A DNA stretch of 64,000 nt. It comes from an uncultured Actinomycetota bacterium (lineage in GTDB: Bacteria > Actinomycetota > Actinomycetes > Actinomycetales > Demequinaceae). How positions within the stretch are numbered: the stretch's first letter is position 1; each line of letters begins with the position of its first letter. Below the pieces are notes generated by a model that ran no database searches, was not told the origin of the DNA, and saw only the letters and a program-made list of their open reading frames with translations. This document shows positions 33,336 to 43,675 of this stretch, one piece after another. The position numbers were made by a program, and so were the translations under genes. The stretch is from NCBI GenBank assembly GCA_963757685.1, contig CAVWSW010000006.1, positions 359,083 through 423,082 of the forward strand, in the 5' to 3' direction.

Positions 33336-35786
33336 GTGACCATGCTTCCCGTCGCCGCGCGCGAGTACAACGTTGAGAGTTTCACCCGCGAGTTCTTGCG
33401 GGAGGTGAACTTTGGACAGGGCGTCGATCTCGATCGCGCGTCCACGAATGACAAGTACCTTGCGCTTGCCCGCACGGTGCGCGCGTACCTCATGACGCGT
33501 TGGCTCGAGACGCTCCGCAACCAAGCGAAGAGCCAGTCGAAGACGGTCGCGTACATGTCCGCGGAGTTCTTGCTTGGGCGCCAACTCGACAACAACCTGA
33601 TCGCCGCCGACCTCCACGAGATCGCGCGCGATTCGCTCGCAAGCCTCGGAATCGATATCGATGAACTGCGCGAGGCGGAGATCGAGCCGGGCCTCGGCAA
33701 CGGCGGCCTTGGCCGTCTCGCCGCGTGCTTCATCGACTCGCTCGCCACGCTCGACGTCCAGTCGATCGGCTACGGCATCCGCTACGAATTCGGCATCTTC
33801 AAGCAGCGCTTCGAAGAGGGCCGCCAAGTGGAGGATCCAGACGACTGGCTACGCCTTGGCTCGCCATGGGAGTTGCCGCACCCAGAGAACGCGGTGAAGG
33901 TTGGCTTTGGCGGCACCGTCGAGGATTGGACCGACGCTGCGGGCAAGAAGCGCCGACGCTGGGTGCCGGAGTGGGAAGTCAACGGGGTTCCGTTCAACTA
34001 CATGGTTCCCGGCTATCGCAACGGCCGTGTCAACACGCTTCGCCTGTGGAGCGCGCGCGCCACCCAAGAGTTTGACCTCAAGATCTTCAACTCTGGCGAC
34101 TACGCCGACGCGGTTAAGTCTCAGACGCAAGCAGAGAACATCTCCAAGGTGCTGTACCCGGAGGACTCCACACCACAGGGCAAGGAACTGCGACTTCAGC
34201 AGCAGTACTTCTTTGTTGCGTGTTCCCTCAAGGACTTCATCAACAACGTCCTGCCTCAGGACTATGACCTCACCCACCTCCCCGAGCGCATCACCTTCCA
34301 GCTCAATGACACTCACCCTGTGATCGCGGTGCCGGAGCTCATGCGCCTGCTGATCGACGACCACGGCTGGGATTGGGCCGACGCCTGGGCGATCACTCAG
34401 AAGGTATTCGCGTACACGTGCCACACGCTGTTGCCAGAGGCGCTGGAGGTGTGGCCGGTTGACCTGCTTGGCCGTCTGTTGCCACGACACCTCGAGATCA
34501 TCTACCGCATCAACGATGACTTCCTCGACGACGTCCGCGACCGCTTCCCTGGTGATTACCTTCGCGAACGCCACATGTCGATCATTGCGGAGGAGCCCGT
34601 GCGCGCCGTGCGCATGGCCTTCCTCGCCACCGTTGCCGGTTTCAAGGTGAACGGCGTCGCCGCCCTGCACTCCGAGCTGCTTCGCGACAAGGTGCTCAAG
34701 GATTTCGCGGAGATGTATCCGGAGAAGTTCACCAACGTCACGAACGGCGTCACGCCCCGACGCTTCATTCGCATGTCCAATCCCGGGCTTACCCAGCTCA
34801 TCACGGAGGCCGTTGGGGACGGGTGGGTCAACAACCTCGACAGGCTCCAGGGCCTCGAGTCGTTCGCCGAAGACCCAGAGTTCCGCGAGCGCTTCGCCGC
34901 CGTCAAGACGGCAAACCGCGAACGTTTTGCGGCGGTGCTCAAGGCACGCGACGGCCTTGAACTCGCTCAGGACGGCATGGTTGACGCGATGGTCAAGCGC
35001 CTCCACGAGTACAAGCGGCAGTCCCTCAAGTTGCTTCACATCGTCTCGCTCTACGAGCACATCACTACGGGCAAGGTGAAGCTAGAGGACGTCACGCCGC
35101 GCACCTTCGTGTTTGGCGCCAAGGCCGCTCCCGGCTACGTCCGCGCCAAGGAGACCATCTACCTGATCAACGCGGTTGGCGCCACGATCAACGCCGACGC
35201 GTCACTCAAGGGCCGCCTCAAGGTCGCCTTCCCCGCGAACTACAACGTGACTCTCGCGGAGACGCTCATCCCCGCCGCGGACCTGTCTGAGCAGATTTCG
35301 CTCGCGGGCAAGGAGGCGTCTGGCACCGGGAACATGAAGTTCGCGCTCAACGGCGCGCTCACGATCGGCACCGACGACGGCGCTAACGTCGAGATCCGCA
35401 AGCTTGTTGGCGACGACAACTTCTTCCTCTTTGGCATGGTGGAACCGGAGGTCGAGGCGCTGCAGTCAAAGGGCTACGACCCCGGCAGCTTCTACGAGCA
35501 AGACGAGGACCTCCGCAATGCCCTCAACCTGCTCGCCTCTGGCGTGTTCACGGGCGGCGACCGTGGGGGCGCGGTTGCGTCAGTGTTCGCAAGCCTCGTT
35601 GAGCGCGACCGCTTCATGGCGCTCGCGGACTTCCGGGCCTACATGGATGCGCAGGCTCGCGTCGACGCGGCGTGGAAGGACCAGGACGCTTGGGTGCGTT
35701 CGGCGATCCTCAATGTGGCGCGGTCGGGGTTCTTCAGTTCCGACCGTTCTATCCGCGACTATCTCGACAAGATTTGGCGCGCCTAG
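33336..35786 (+). CDS. glgP: Glycogen/maltodextrin phosphorylase
   Basis: [31 protein letters not shown] motif [11 protein letters not shown]. Confidence 0.95.
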   Translation: MTMLPVAAREYNVESFTREFLREVNFGQGVDLDRASTNDKYLALARTVRAYLMTRWLETLRNQAKSQSKTVAYMSAEFLLGRQLDNNLIAADLHEIARDSLASLGIDIDELREAEIEPGLGNGGLGRLAACFIDSLATLDVQSIGYGIRYEFGIFKQRFEEGRQVEDPDDWLRLGSPWELPHPENAVKVGFGGTVEDWTDAAGKKRRRWVPEWEVNGVPFNYMVPGYRNGRVNTLRLWSARATQEFDLKIFNSGDYADAVKSQTQAENISKVLYPEDSTPQGKELRLQQQYFFVACSLKDFINNVLPQDYDLTHLPERITFQLNDTHPVIAVPELMRLLIDDHGWDWADAWAITQKVFAYTCHTLLPEALEVWPVDLLGRLLPRHLEIIYRINDDFLDDVRDRFPGDYLRERHMSIIAEEPVRAVRMAFLATVAGFKVNGVAALHSELLRDKVLKDFAEMYPEKFTNVTNGVTPRRFIRMSNPGLTQLITEAVGDGWVNNLDRLQGLESFAEDPEFRERFAAVKTANRERFAAVLKARDGLELAQDGMVDAMVKRLHEYKRQSLKLLHIVSLYEHITTGKVKLEDVTPRTFVFGAKAAPGYVRAKETIYLINAVGATINADASLKGRLKVAFPANYNVTLAETLIPAADLSEQISLAGKEASGTGNMKFALNGALTIGTDDGANVEIRKLVGDDNFFLFGMVEPEVEALQSKGYDPGSFYEQDEDLRNALNLLASGVFTGGDRGGAVASVFASLVERDRFMALADFRAYMDAQARVDAAWKDQDAWVRSAILNVARSGFFSSDRSIRDYLDKIWRA

Positions 35787-35834
35787 CCACTTTTCGGCAC
35801 GCAGTCCTACGTCAGATAGTCCACAATTAGCGGC

Positions 35835-37193
35835 GTGAACGAACCCGTACTGCTGGTGCTCGTTGTGGTGACGGCTCTCGTCTTTGACTTCACCAACGGC
35901 TTTCACGACACCGGCAACGCGATGGCCCCAACCATCGCGACGCGAGCGCTTAAGCCAAAGCAAGCTGTGCTGCTCGCCGCGATCCTCAACATGGTTGGCG
36001 CGTTTCTGTCGCTTACCGTGGCCGCGACCATCGCGAAAGGCATCGTTGACTCCGGCGTCGTGACCCTTGCCGTGGTGCTCGCCGGTCTCGCGGGCGGCAT
36101 CATCTGGAACCTCATCACGTGGCTCGTACGGCTGCCATCTAGCTCGTCACACGCGCTCGTTGGTGGCGTTGTTGGTGCGGTGCTCGCGGCCGCGGGTACC
36201 GCTGGCGTCAACTGGAGTGGGCTCGTCTCAAAGGTGATGCTCCCCGCTCTCATCGCTCCCATCGTCGCCATCACCGTTGCGGGGCTCGGCACGATGCTCG
36301 TGACGCGTGTCACCCGTCCCGTTTCCCAGAAGCACAACGACCGATCGTTCCGCCACGGCCAAATCGGCTCCGCCTCACTCATGGCGCTCGCGCACGGCAC
36401 CAACGACGCGCAGAAGACGATGGGTATCATCCTGCTCGCGCTCATCGCCGCGGGAGCGGTGCCTGCAGACTCTCCCGTGCCTCCATGGGTCATCGTGTCG
36501 TGTGCCATTGCCATGGGCCTGGGTACGTACACCGGTGGATGGCGCGTGATCCGCACGCTGGGCAAGGGCCTCGTGCGGCTCGACTCGCGCCAAGGCATGT
36601 CTGCCGACATGTCGTCCGCCTCCGTGATTTTGCTCTCGAGCCACTTCGGCTACTCGCTGTCCACGACCCAAGTGGCCACAGGGTCCATCCTTGGCACCGG
36701 CGTCGGCCGCAAGGGTGCAACTGTCGGTTGGTCGGTAGCGCGCAAGATGTTGATGGCGTGGGTCATCACTGTTCCTGCCGCGGCTGCAGTTGGCGGGCTC
36801 TGCTACGGCACCGGTGCATTGTTTGGACCTAAGGCCGGGCCGTTCGTCGTGTTCGGCATCTTGGTCGCGACGTCCGGCTTCATCTACCTGCTGTCTCGCC
36901 GCCAGCCCATCAGCGCGCACAACGTCAACGACGACTGGGAGCCCACGGTCAACGAAGAGTCGATCCTCGCGGACTCTGTGACCATGCACAACCCGCGCCT
37001 CATGCGCGTGCCGAAGCCGCCGCGTAGGCGCAGGCGAAAGCCCGTGCCGGTCCCCAAGAAGCTCAAGAAGCGCTCCAAGACCCAGCAAGCGAAGAAGCAA
37101 CAGACGAAGGGCTCGGTCAAGAAGACCGCCGCCGCCAAGAAATCGAAGAAGACCAAGGTCTCCGCTTCCAAGAAGAAGTCGAAGGCGAGGTAG
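35835..37193 (+). CDS. pit: PiT family inorganic phosphate transporter with Lys-rich C-terminal tail
   Basis: NGFHDTGNAMA, PSSSSHAL, HGTNDAQK, STTQ motifs. Confidence 0.9.
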   Translation: MNEPVLLVLVVVTALVFDFTNGFHDTGNAMAPTIATRALKPKQAVLLAAILNMVGAFLSLTVAATIAKGIVDSGVVTLAVVLAGLAGGIIWNLITWLVRLPSSSSHALVGGVVGAVLAAAGTAGVNWSGLVSKVMLPALIAPIVAITVAGLGTMLVTRVTRPVSQKHNDRSFRHGQIGSASLMALAHGTNDAQKTMGIILLALIAAGAVPADSPVPPWVIVSCAIAMGLGTYTGGWRVIRTLGKGLVRLDSRQGMSADMSSASVILLSSHFGYSLSTTQVATGSILGTGVGRKGATVGWSVARKMLMAWVITVPAAAAVGGLCYGTGALFGPKAGPFVVFGILVATSGFIYLLSRRQPISAHNVNDDWEPTVNEESILADSVTMHNPRLMRVPKPPRRRRRKPVPVPKKLKKRSKTQQAKKQQTKGSVKKTAAAKKSKKTKVSASKKKSKAR

Positions 37194-37199
37194 ACGCAC

Positions 37200-37430
37200 A
37201 TGAACACATTCGTGGAGTGGGGCTCACTCGCCAACATTGTGGTGTTCGGCATCCTCATCGGCGCAGGTCTGCCGACGTTGTATGCAATTGGCGTGCGGGC
37301 GCTCGACTCGTCGACGCGCGCCGCCGGGCGCTCCGTGACTCTCTACAAGGCGACCGCCTACTCATGCTTCGGCGCGGTAGGCGTCGTCATTCTCGGAGCC
37401 TTGGCGTTTATCGCGGCTGGCGGGCACTGA
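37200..37430 (+). CDS. Small 2-TM protein following pit
   Basis: GAGLP.LYA.G.R motif; two TMs; 6 bp after pit stop. Confidence 0.75.
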   Translation: MNTFVEWGSLANIVVFGILIGAGLPTLYAIGVRALDSSTRAAGRSVTLYKATAYSCFGAVGVVILGALAFIAAGGH

Positions 37431-37457
37431 CGCCCAACCCGGCCAGGGCGTTGGGCG
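37431..37457 (+). terminator. Hairpin after pit operon
   Basis: CGCCCAAC...GTTGGGCG; no U tract. Confidence 0.45.
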
Positions 37458-37473
37458 GCGCTAGCCTGACCCT

Positions 37474-38073
37474 GTGCAGCCGACGTATACAGACACCGCT
37501 CGCCTCCAGGTGACCCGTGCGTTCGGCGTGCTCCTCACGATCACCGGCGGCGTGGCGCTGTTCTTCCTTGGCGGGCAGTTCTTTGTGCCAGGTGACAACG
37601 CGGCTGCGCTTGGCAGTCTCGCCATCTTTGCGATTGGCCTCACCTTGCTATTGCTCGCGCGCGCGAGGCTCGCGACGGCATGGGAGGCGAACAAGCCCTA
37701 TCTGCTGAGCGAAGCCGGGCCGACGGCTGTGCACGGCAGGCAGGATCTCGTGACCCGGTTCCTGCGCGCGGGACGCATCGCGATGGGGCTGTTCTTGGTC
37801 TTCGGGGTCGTTTTCATGTTTCTCTTCTCCGCCATTAACTGCGGCGAACGCATCGATGGCTTTTGCGGCGACGTTGGGCGCCCTCCGGAGTGGCTTGTGG
37901 TGGTGTGGCAAGCGACGACATTGGTTGTTGGCGCCGCGTACATCGCGCTCGTGAGCCTGCGCAGAACGCTCGAGGCCGAGGCCGAACGTATCGGTGTTGT
38001 CGTCGCTGAGGGGCAGCGCCGCCGGCGCCATGATCACCACATGGATGGCACTGACCGGTTCTCCTGGGAGTAA
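37474..38073 (+). CDS. Hypothetical membrane protein (4 TM, loop Cys pair)
   Basis: Hydrophobic helices; TAGCCT-N6-GTG. Confidence 0.65.
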   Translation: MQPTYTDTARLQVTRAFGVLLTITGGVALFFLGGQFFVPGDNAAALGSLAIFAIGLTLLLLARARLATAWEANKPYLLSEAGPTAVHGRQDLVTRFLRAGRIAMGLFLVFGVVFMFLFSAINCGERIDGFCGDVGRPPEWLVVVWQATTLVVGAAYIALVSLRRTLEAEAERIGVVVAEGQRRRRHDHHMDGTDRFSWE

Positions 38074-38111
38074 GCGCGCGCACACCGGTTAGCGCGCCTA
38101 CTGTTGGCGAC

Positions 38112-38750
38112 ATGACTGAACAAGCGTGGTTTATTGCCTTCGGATGGATCGGCTCCATCCTCGTCGTGTGGTCCCTGATGGTGTCGCGAGTGCTGCGGTT
38201 CCGGTGGATGAACTTCGCAGGCGCGTTCATCGCCACCATCTACAACGGTGCCATCCAACTGTGGCCGTTCTTCGCCATGAACTTCGCGATCACCATCATC
38301 GATGCTTATTGGATCTGGAAGCTCACCCATGAGCGTCACGACGTGGAGGCGTACAGGGTGATCCCCGTCGCGGCAGACGACGCTTTCCTTCAGCATGTCC
38401 TTTCCACCCATCACGACGACATCGCTCGCAACGCCCCAGCTTTCGCCCCAACGCCACAGGCCGGCGAGACCCGCAAGGCATTTCTCGTAGTCCGCGGTGA
38501 CGAGAACGTTGGCGTTGTCGCGCTGCGCACCGAGGGCGCCGGGGTTGGCGTCGTTGAACTCGACTGGGTCAAGCCAAGTTTCCGAGACTTCACGCCAGGC
38601 GAGTTCGTTTACCGCGAGTCCCACGCATTGTCCGACGCTGGGTTCACTCGCGTCGAAATGGAGCCTTCGGAGTCACTCGACGTCCATTACCTCGCGCGCA
38701 TGGGATTTGTGTCCAAGGAAAACCGCTGGGTACGCGAGGTTGCAGCTTAG
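38112..38750 (+). CDS. Membrane protein: YgjV-like 3-TM N-terminus plus GNAT-like C-terminal domain
   Basis: GW.GS.LVV.SL..R.LRFRW.N; ELDWVKPSFRDFTPG; YL.RMGF. Confidence 0.65.
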   Translation: MTEQAWFIAFGWIGSILVVWSLMVSRVLRFRWMNFAGAFIATIYNGAIQLWPFFAMNFAITIIDAYWIWKLTHERHDVEAYRVIPVAADDAFLQHVLSTHHDDIARNAPAFAPTPQAGETRKAFLVVRGDENVGVVALRTEGAGVGVVELDWVKPSFRDFTPGEFVYRESHALSDAGFTRVEMEPSESLDVHYLARMGFVSKENRWVREVAA

Positions 38751-38768
38751 CCCGGCAGCAGCGTCGGG

Positions 38769-40439
38769 CTAAATCAGCACCTTGGGGCCGGAACGCCTAA
38801 CGGAACTGAACGCCGACCCAGTGAGAATGCCGAGCGCGATGGCGACCATGGTCGCAACCGTCACGGCGAGAATGGCTAGGCCATTGCCGCCACCGTCAAG
38901 AACTGCCGTGACTCCAACGAGACCAAGCCCCCCGGGCACCAGTAGCCAGAATCCGGGCAGAAAACTCACGGAAGACGCCGGGGCGTTGGCGAAACGCGAT
39001 ACGAGGATGGCGACGGGCGTCATCGCACATGCGCCGATGAATGCGGCGATTGGCCCCGAGAAGAACAAGCTGCCAATCACCTGAGCGCTGTACGCCACGT
39101 AAAGCACCAGCACAATCCACGGCACAAACCGGAGGCGGCCGCCCCTGTTGACGACTACTGCGACGCCAAAGAAGGCGACCGCTATCCATGGTGCTATGGG
39201 ACCCAGCGGGTACGTGCCCTCCGCAATAGTGATGTGCGGGACGCCTACGAGCGTGGCGCCTGCAACGATGCCGCCGGCGAGCAGCACCAATCTCATGAAG
39301 CCGGCGGCCAGTCGCCCGGCGCCCGACATCATCTGCCCGGTCGCCAGTTCCACAACGCCCGTGGTCAGCAGCACGCCAGGAAGTAACACCACCAGCGGCG
39401 CGATGACTGAGGGAAGCGCCACCAGATCCAGGCCGGATCGCGCCACCAGAAAAACGACGACTGCGCACACAAAGGCCACGCCAACAATCACGAGCGGCTG
39501 CAAGGTGGCCCGCAGAGTAGCCGTCGCAATCACGGCAAGCCCAACACCGGCGCCGAGCACCGCTGCAAGAACCATGCTCGCCCAGGAACCGCCAAGGATG
39601 ACCGCGAGCGCGGCACTGACGACGCCGGCTGCGATCACGCGCACCGCGATGCCGAACGGAGACTTCGCTTCTCGCATCTCGAGTACTTGTGCCCGCGCCT
39701 CCACCGCTGAGAGCTGACCCATGCGCGCCTTGACCACGACCCTGTCCAACGCATCCAACTGGTGCAGGAGCAGTGGGCTGTTGCCGCTCGCAACCACGCC
39801 CGTGCGCACGTCAATGTGATCCCGCGCGGACACGAAGAGCGCCGTGGGCATCACCACCACCTCCGTGCGCGGCTGGCCGTTGACACGTGCAATCTCCTCG
39901 AGCGACTCCTGCACCGTATTCACGCTGTAGCCGGCGTCGATCATTGCCTCGCCCACCGCCTCGAGCGTCGCGAAGCCCTCCTCAAGCGTCAGCGTGCCCG
40001 CAAGCGGGTGCACGGGGAATTCGTTTATCGGCGCGATCCGCGCGCGCCGTATCAGGGCGAAGAGCACCAGAGCGCTTAGGCAGAGCACAAGGATCGCTGC
40101 GGCTAGCGCCCCTGGGGAGACCGAACTCTGCGTGATCGCTGGAGGAATCACCTCCGTGACGGGAGGGGACGGTGTCGCGCTTGGGGTGACTGACGGCGCC
40201 GCAGAGGCCGACGGGACCGCGGTTGCGGAGGGCGAGGCGCTCGCCGTCGCGGTGGCGGTCGGCGACGGGCTGGGGGTCAGCGTCGCGGTAGGCGAGGGGC
40301 TGGGCGTCACGACTACGGGGGGTGACGGCGCTGGTGTCACGGACGTGGGCACGGCGAGCGCCGGGCCACTTGCGATTGCGAGCGCCGCCAGCACGTGCAA
40401 CAGGGACCTGCGCGCGGTCTTGCTACTCAGAATCCACAC
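38769..40439 (-). CDS. ThrE family threonine/serine exporter with N-terminal signal peptide and Pro/Ser/Thr extension
   Basis: G..MI.AG.....V, VMPT, LLPG..LT..V.ELA......G, LVPG motifs. Confidence 0.8.
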   Translation of the reverse strand: MWILSSKTARRSLLHVLAALAIASGPALAVPTSVTPAPSPPVVVTPSPSPTATLTPSPSPTATATASASPSATAVPSASAAPSVTPSATPSPPVTEVIPPAITQSSVSPGALAAAILVLCLSALVLFALIRRARIAPINEFPVHPLAGTLTLEEGFATLEAVGEAMIDAGYSVNTVQESLEEIARVNGQPRTEVVVMPTALFVSARDHIDVRTGVVASGNSPLLLHQLDALDRVVVKARMGQLSAVEARAQVLEMREAKSPFGIAVRVIAAGVVSAALAVILGGSWASMVLAAVLGAGVGLAVIATATLRATLQPLVIVGVAFVCAVVVFLVARSGLDLVALPSVIAPLVVLLPGVLLTTGVVELATGQMMSGAGRLAAGFMRLVLLAGGIVAGATLVGVPHITIAEGTYPLGPIAPWIAVAFFGVAVVVNRGGRLRFVPWIVLVLYVAYSAQVIGSLFFSGPIAAFIGACAMTPVAILVSRFANAPASSVSFLPGFWLLVPGGLGLVGVTAVLDGGGNGLAILAVTVATMVAIALGILTGSAFSSVRRSGPKVLI

Positions 40440-40593
40440 ACTGACCGCTCCTCGACCGTAGGCACCAGAGGTCGCGCGCGACGGGTCGCGCCACGTTCCG
40501 AGACTAGCCGACGACCTGTGGACGTCACCGTGACCACAAGGGAGGTCGTGGCTGGGCCTTGTGGCGCTGCCATGGGGCGCTCACACTTGTGTC

Positions 40594-41001
40594 ATGCGGG
40601 CTCGCGACGTTGCCACGGTGCTTGGAGTTGTCGCGCTCCTAGCCGCGACCATCTCCGGCTGCAGCAGCCCAGAACAGTATCCGAGTCTCGACGCGAACCC
40701 TGCGGTGGTCGACTTCACGACCGCGGCCAAGAGCGGCGCGCCGGTGGAGGTCCACATGCCAGTCAACGGATTTCTCGCGGTGACCGGCAGCGGAACGGAG
40801 TACACGGAGGACAAGTACTGGACTGTGAACATCACCAACCCGTCCGTAGTGAAGTTCTACCCCTTCGATGGATCTGGCCGAGCCGCGCGCCAAGCGCTAC
40901 TCGCGGGCCTGAAACCCGGCACGACCACAGCGGTCATCACCTACACGGGCGGCGCCACTCCTGAGACGGTGACCTACGACGTGACCGTCGGCGACGGCTG
41001 A
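40594..41001 (+). CDS. Putative lipoprotein
   Basis: Signal peptide with lipobox ISG|C; CACACT-N6-ATG. Confidence 0.7.
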   Translation: MRARDVATVLGVVALLAATISGCSSPEQYPSLDANPAVVDFTTAAKSGAPVEVHMPVNGFLAVTGSGTEYTEDKYWTVNITNPSVVKFYPFDGSGRAARQALLAGLKPGTTTAVITYTGGATPETVTYDVTVGDG

Positions 41002-41044
41002 CCCCGGCCGACGCGCCACAGCCCGCCCCAGCGTCGGGCATAAG

Positions 41045-41084
41045 AAAAGGCCCCCTCGTTGGTATCAACCAACCCTTGGGGGCC
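41045..41084 (-). terminator. Terminator downstream of tRNA-Leu
   Basis: GGCCCCC...GGGGGCC hairpin followed by TTTT on the minus strand. Confidence 0.65.
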
Positions 41085-41087
41085 TCG

Positions 41088-41170
41088 TGCGCGAGGGGGG
41101 ATTTGAACCCCCACGCCCTTTCGGACACTGGCACCTGAAGCCAGCGCGTCTGCCGTTCCGCCACTCGCGC
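41088..41170 (-). tRNA. tRNA-Leu(CAG), CCA not encoded
   Basis: GCGCGAGTGGCGGAACGGCAGACGCG-CTGGC-TTCAGGT-GCCAG, long variable arm, GGTTCAAATCC, CTCGCGCA. Confidence 0.97.
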
Positions 41171-41217
41171 GCGCCGGGTAACTCTAACACGCAAGGGGCC
41201 GCCGGTACGATGGCCAT

Positions 41218-41924
41218 ATGGGAGTCCTGGATCGCTTCGAGAAGGGCGTCGAGAACGCCATGCAGAACGCGTTTGCCAAGACGTTTAAGTCCGGCGTAAA
41301 GCCCGTTGAGCTCGCCTCCGCGGTCAAGCGCGAGTGCGACGCCCGTGCCGCCGCGGTTGACCGCAACCGCACCGTGGCGCCCAACGAATACGTCATCTCG
41401 CTCTCTCCCGCCGATCTCGAGACCGTCACCAGTTGGGGCGACGAGGCCCTCGCGCACGAGCTCCAAGACGCGCTCGAGGACCACGCGCGCAGTCTGCGCT
41501 ACGCGTTCGTGGGATCGGTCGGCGTCGAATTCCAAGAGGACGAGTCGCTCAGCACGGGCCGCTACGCAGTGACGAGCCGCACCACCCGCGGACCCGTAGC
41601 CCCTGCTACCAGCCCGGATCCACTGAGCCGCTTCCCGCTGCTCGAGATCGACGGCCAGCGCTACAACCTCACGGGTGCAACCACGGTCATCGGCCGCGGC
41701 ACCGAGGCTGACGTCGTGGTTGACGACAACGGCGTGAGCCGCCGGCACATCAGCTTCGAGGTCACCCCAGACGGCACGATCCTCAGCGACCTCGGCTCTA
41801 CGAACGGCACCTTCGTGGAGGAGCAGCGCATCACGCGAGGTCACGCTCGTTGACGGCAACGCGATCCGCATCGGCCGCACTCCCATCATGTACTGGGACG
41901 CCGTGCATTACGGACGAGGACTGA
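41218..41924 (+). CDS. fhaA: FhaA (DUF3662 + FHA); frameshifts near 3' end
   Basis: MGVLDRFE, F.S.V.PVE.A, APN.Y, IGRG, VSRRH, DLGSTNGT; C-terminus LVDGNAIRIGRT in shifted frame. Confidence 0.85.
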
Positions 41925-41943
41925 GCCGGGTGCGTAGCCGACC

Positions 41944-42466
41944 ATGAGTCAACTCTCCGTCACCCTGCTTCGGCTTGGCTTCCTGGTGCTGCTGTGGGTC
42001 ATGGTGCTGAGCTCGATCGGCGTGCTTCGCGCCGACCTTTACGGCACGCGCGTTACCCAGCGCGGCCGCGGCCGTAAGGCGCGTCGCGTGCCCGACGCCA
42101 TGGCTGAGAAGACCGCAGCGCCCAAGTAGGGGGGCTACGGGTGTGCGCGCAGGCGCGATCTCGCCAGACGAGGCGCCGCCCGCTCGCCTTGCGGTCACGG
42201 CTGGCCCGCTCAAGGGCACAACGCTGCCGCTCAGTTCCGCTCCGGTACTCATAGGCCGCGCGCCAACGTGCACGCTCGTCATCGACGACGACTACTGCTC
42301 CGCTCGGCATTGCCGCATCTTTCCCGAAAACGGCGAGTGGAAGGTCGAGGACCTCGGGTCCACGAACGGCACGTTCCTTGGCAACCAGAAGGTGACCGAC
42401 CCCGTGCCGCTGCGCCGCGGCGACCAGGTCCGCATCGGCGCCACCACGCTGGAGCTCGCCCAGTGA
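41944..42466 (+). CDS. fhaB: FhaB/FipA (TM + FHA); frameshift near 42125
   Basis: LRLGFLVLLW..LRADLYG, then IGRAP..DDYCSARH..EDLGSTNGT. Confidence 0.85.
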
Positions 42467-43675
42467 CGTTTCTCGCTTGGCATTCGCCGCGCGCACTGAC
42501 GTTGGCCTCGCGCGCGCCAACAACCAAGACTCCGGCTACGCGGGTCCCCACTTGTTGCTCGTCGCGGACGGCATGGGCGGCGCCGCTGGTGGTGACATCG
42601 CGTCGTCCATCGCGGTTGGGCGGCTCGCGGCACTCGACGGCGAGGCGCTTGGGCCAGACGAGGCGCTCGACGAACTGAAGAGCGCGATCTCCGAGGCCCA
42701 CGGCCTGATCGTCGGCCGCGCGCGCAACGATCCCGAACTGAGCGGACTCGGCACCACCGTGACGGCAATGCTGCGTTCCGGCTCCACCCTCATGATGGCG
42801 CACATCGGCGACTCGCGCGCGCTACCTGTTGCGCGACGGATCGCTCGATCAGGTGTCCACCGACCACACGTTTGTTCAGCACCTCGTCGACACCGGCCGG
42901 CTCTCGCGTCGCGGACGCGGAGAACCACCCCAAGCGCAACCTCATCTTGCGCGTGCTCGGCGACATCGACGCCAACGTCCCCGTCGACATCTCCGTGCGC
43001 GAGACCAAGACTGGCGACCGCTGGATGCTGTGTTCCGACGGCCTGTCTGGCGTGGTGAGCCGCGACACGATGCACAAGACGCTGCTCGAGGTCGAGGATC
43101 CAGGCGACTGCGCGGACGCCCTTGTTTCGCTCGCGCTCGCCGCGGGCGCTCCCGACAACGTGACGTGCATCATCGGCGACATCGTGGACATCGACGAGCT
43201 TCCGGACGGCGTCGGCCCGTCCACAGCGTCCCAAGTGGTTGGTGCGGCGGCGGCGGACCGGAACCGACCGTCGAGCGCGGCGGGAACCCCCGCGGCGCGC
43301 GCGGCGAGTCTCAACTCGCGGCGAGTTCGCCGACGAAGACGACGACGGGTCGACAACGTCCACCCGGTGGGAGAAGTGGCGCCCGTGGATGCTCCCGCTC
43401 ATCGTGGTGGTGGTGCTGCTCGGCGCGCTGTGGGCTGGCTACGCGTGGACGCAGATCGCAGTACTTCGTGGGCGAGCACGACGGTGTGGTCGCGATCTAC
43501 CGCGGCATTCCAGGGGAGGTCGGGCCCCTCGATCTGTCGACGCTCGTCGCGGAGACGGACATCCCGCTCGATTCGCTACAGCCGTATGCCCGTGACCGCA
43601 TCGAAGCGACCATCAGAGTAGGTGGGGTGCCAGAGGCACGCGGCCGTGATCATTGGCCTGCAGGCGAGCCAGTAG
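42463..43675 (+). CDS. pstP: PstP PP2C phosphatase with TM and extracellular domain; multiple frameshifts
   Basis: DVGL.R.NNQDSGYAG, ADGMGG, HIGDSR, CSDGLS, GAPDNVT, QYFVG..GVVAIYRG. Confidence 0.85.
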
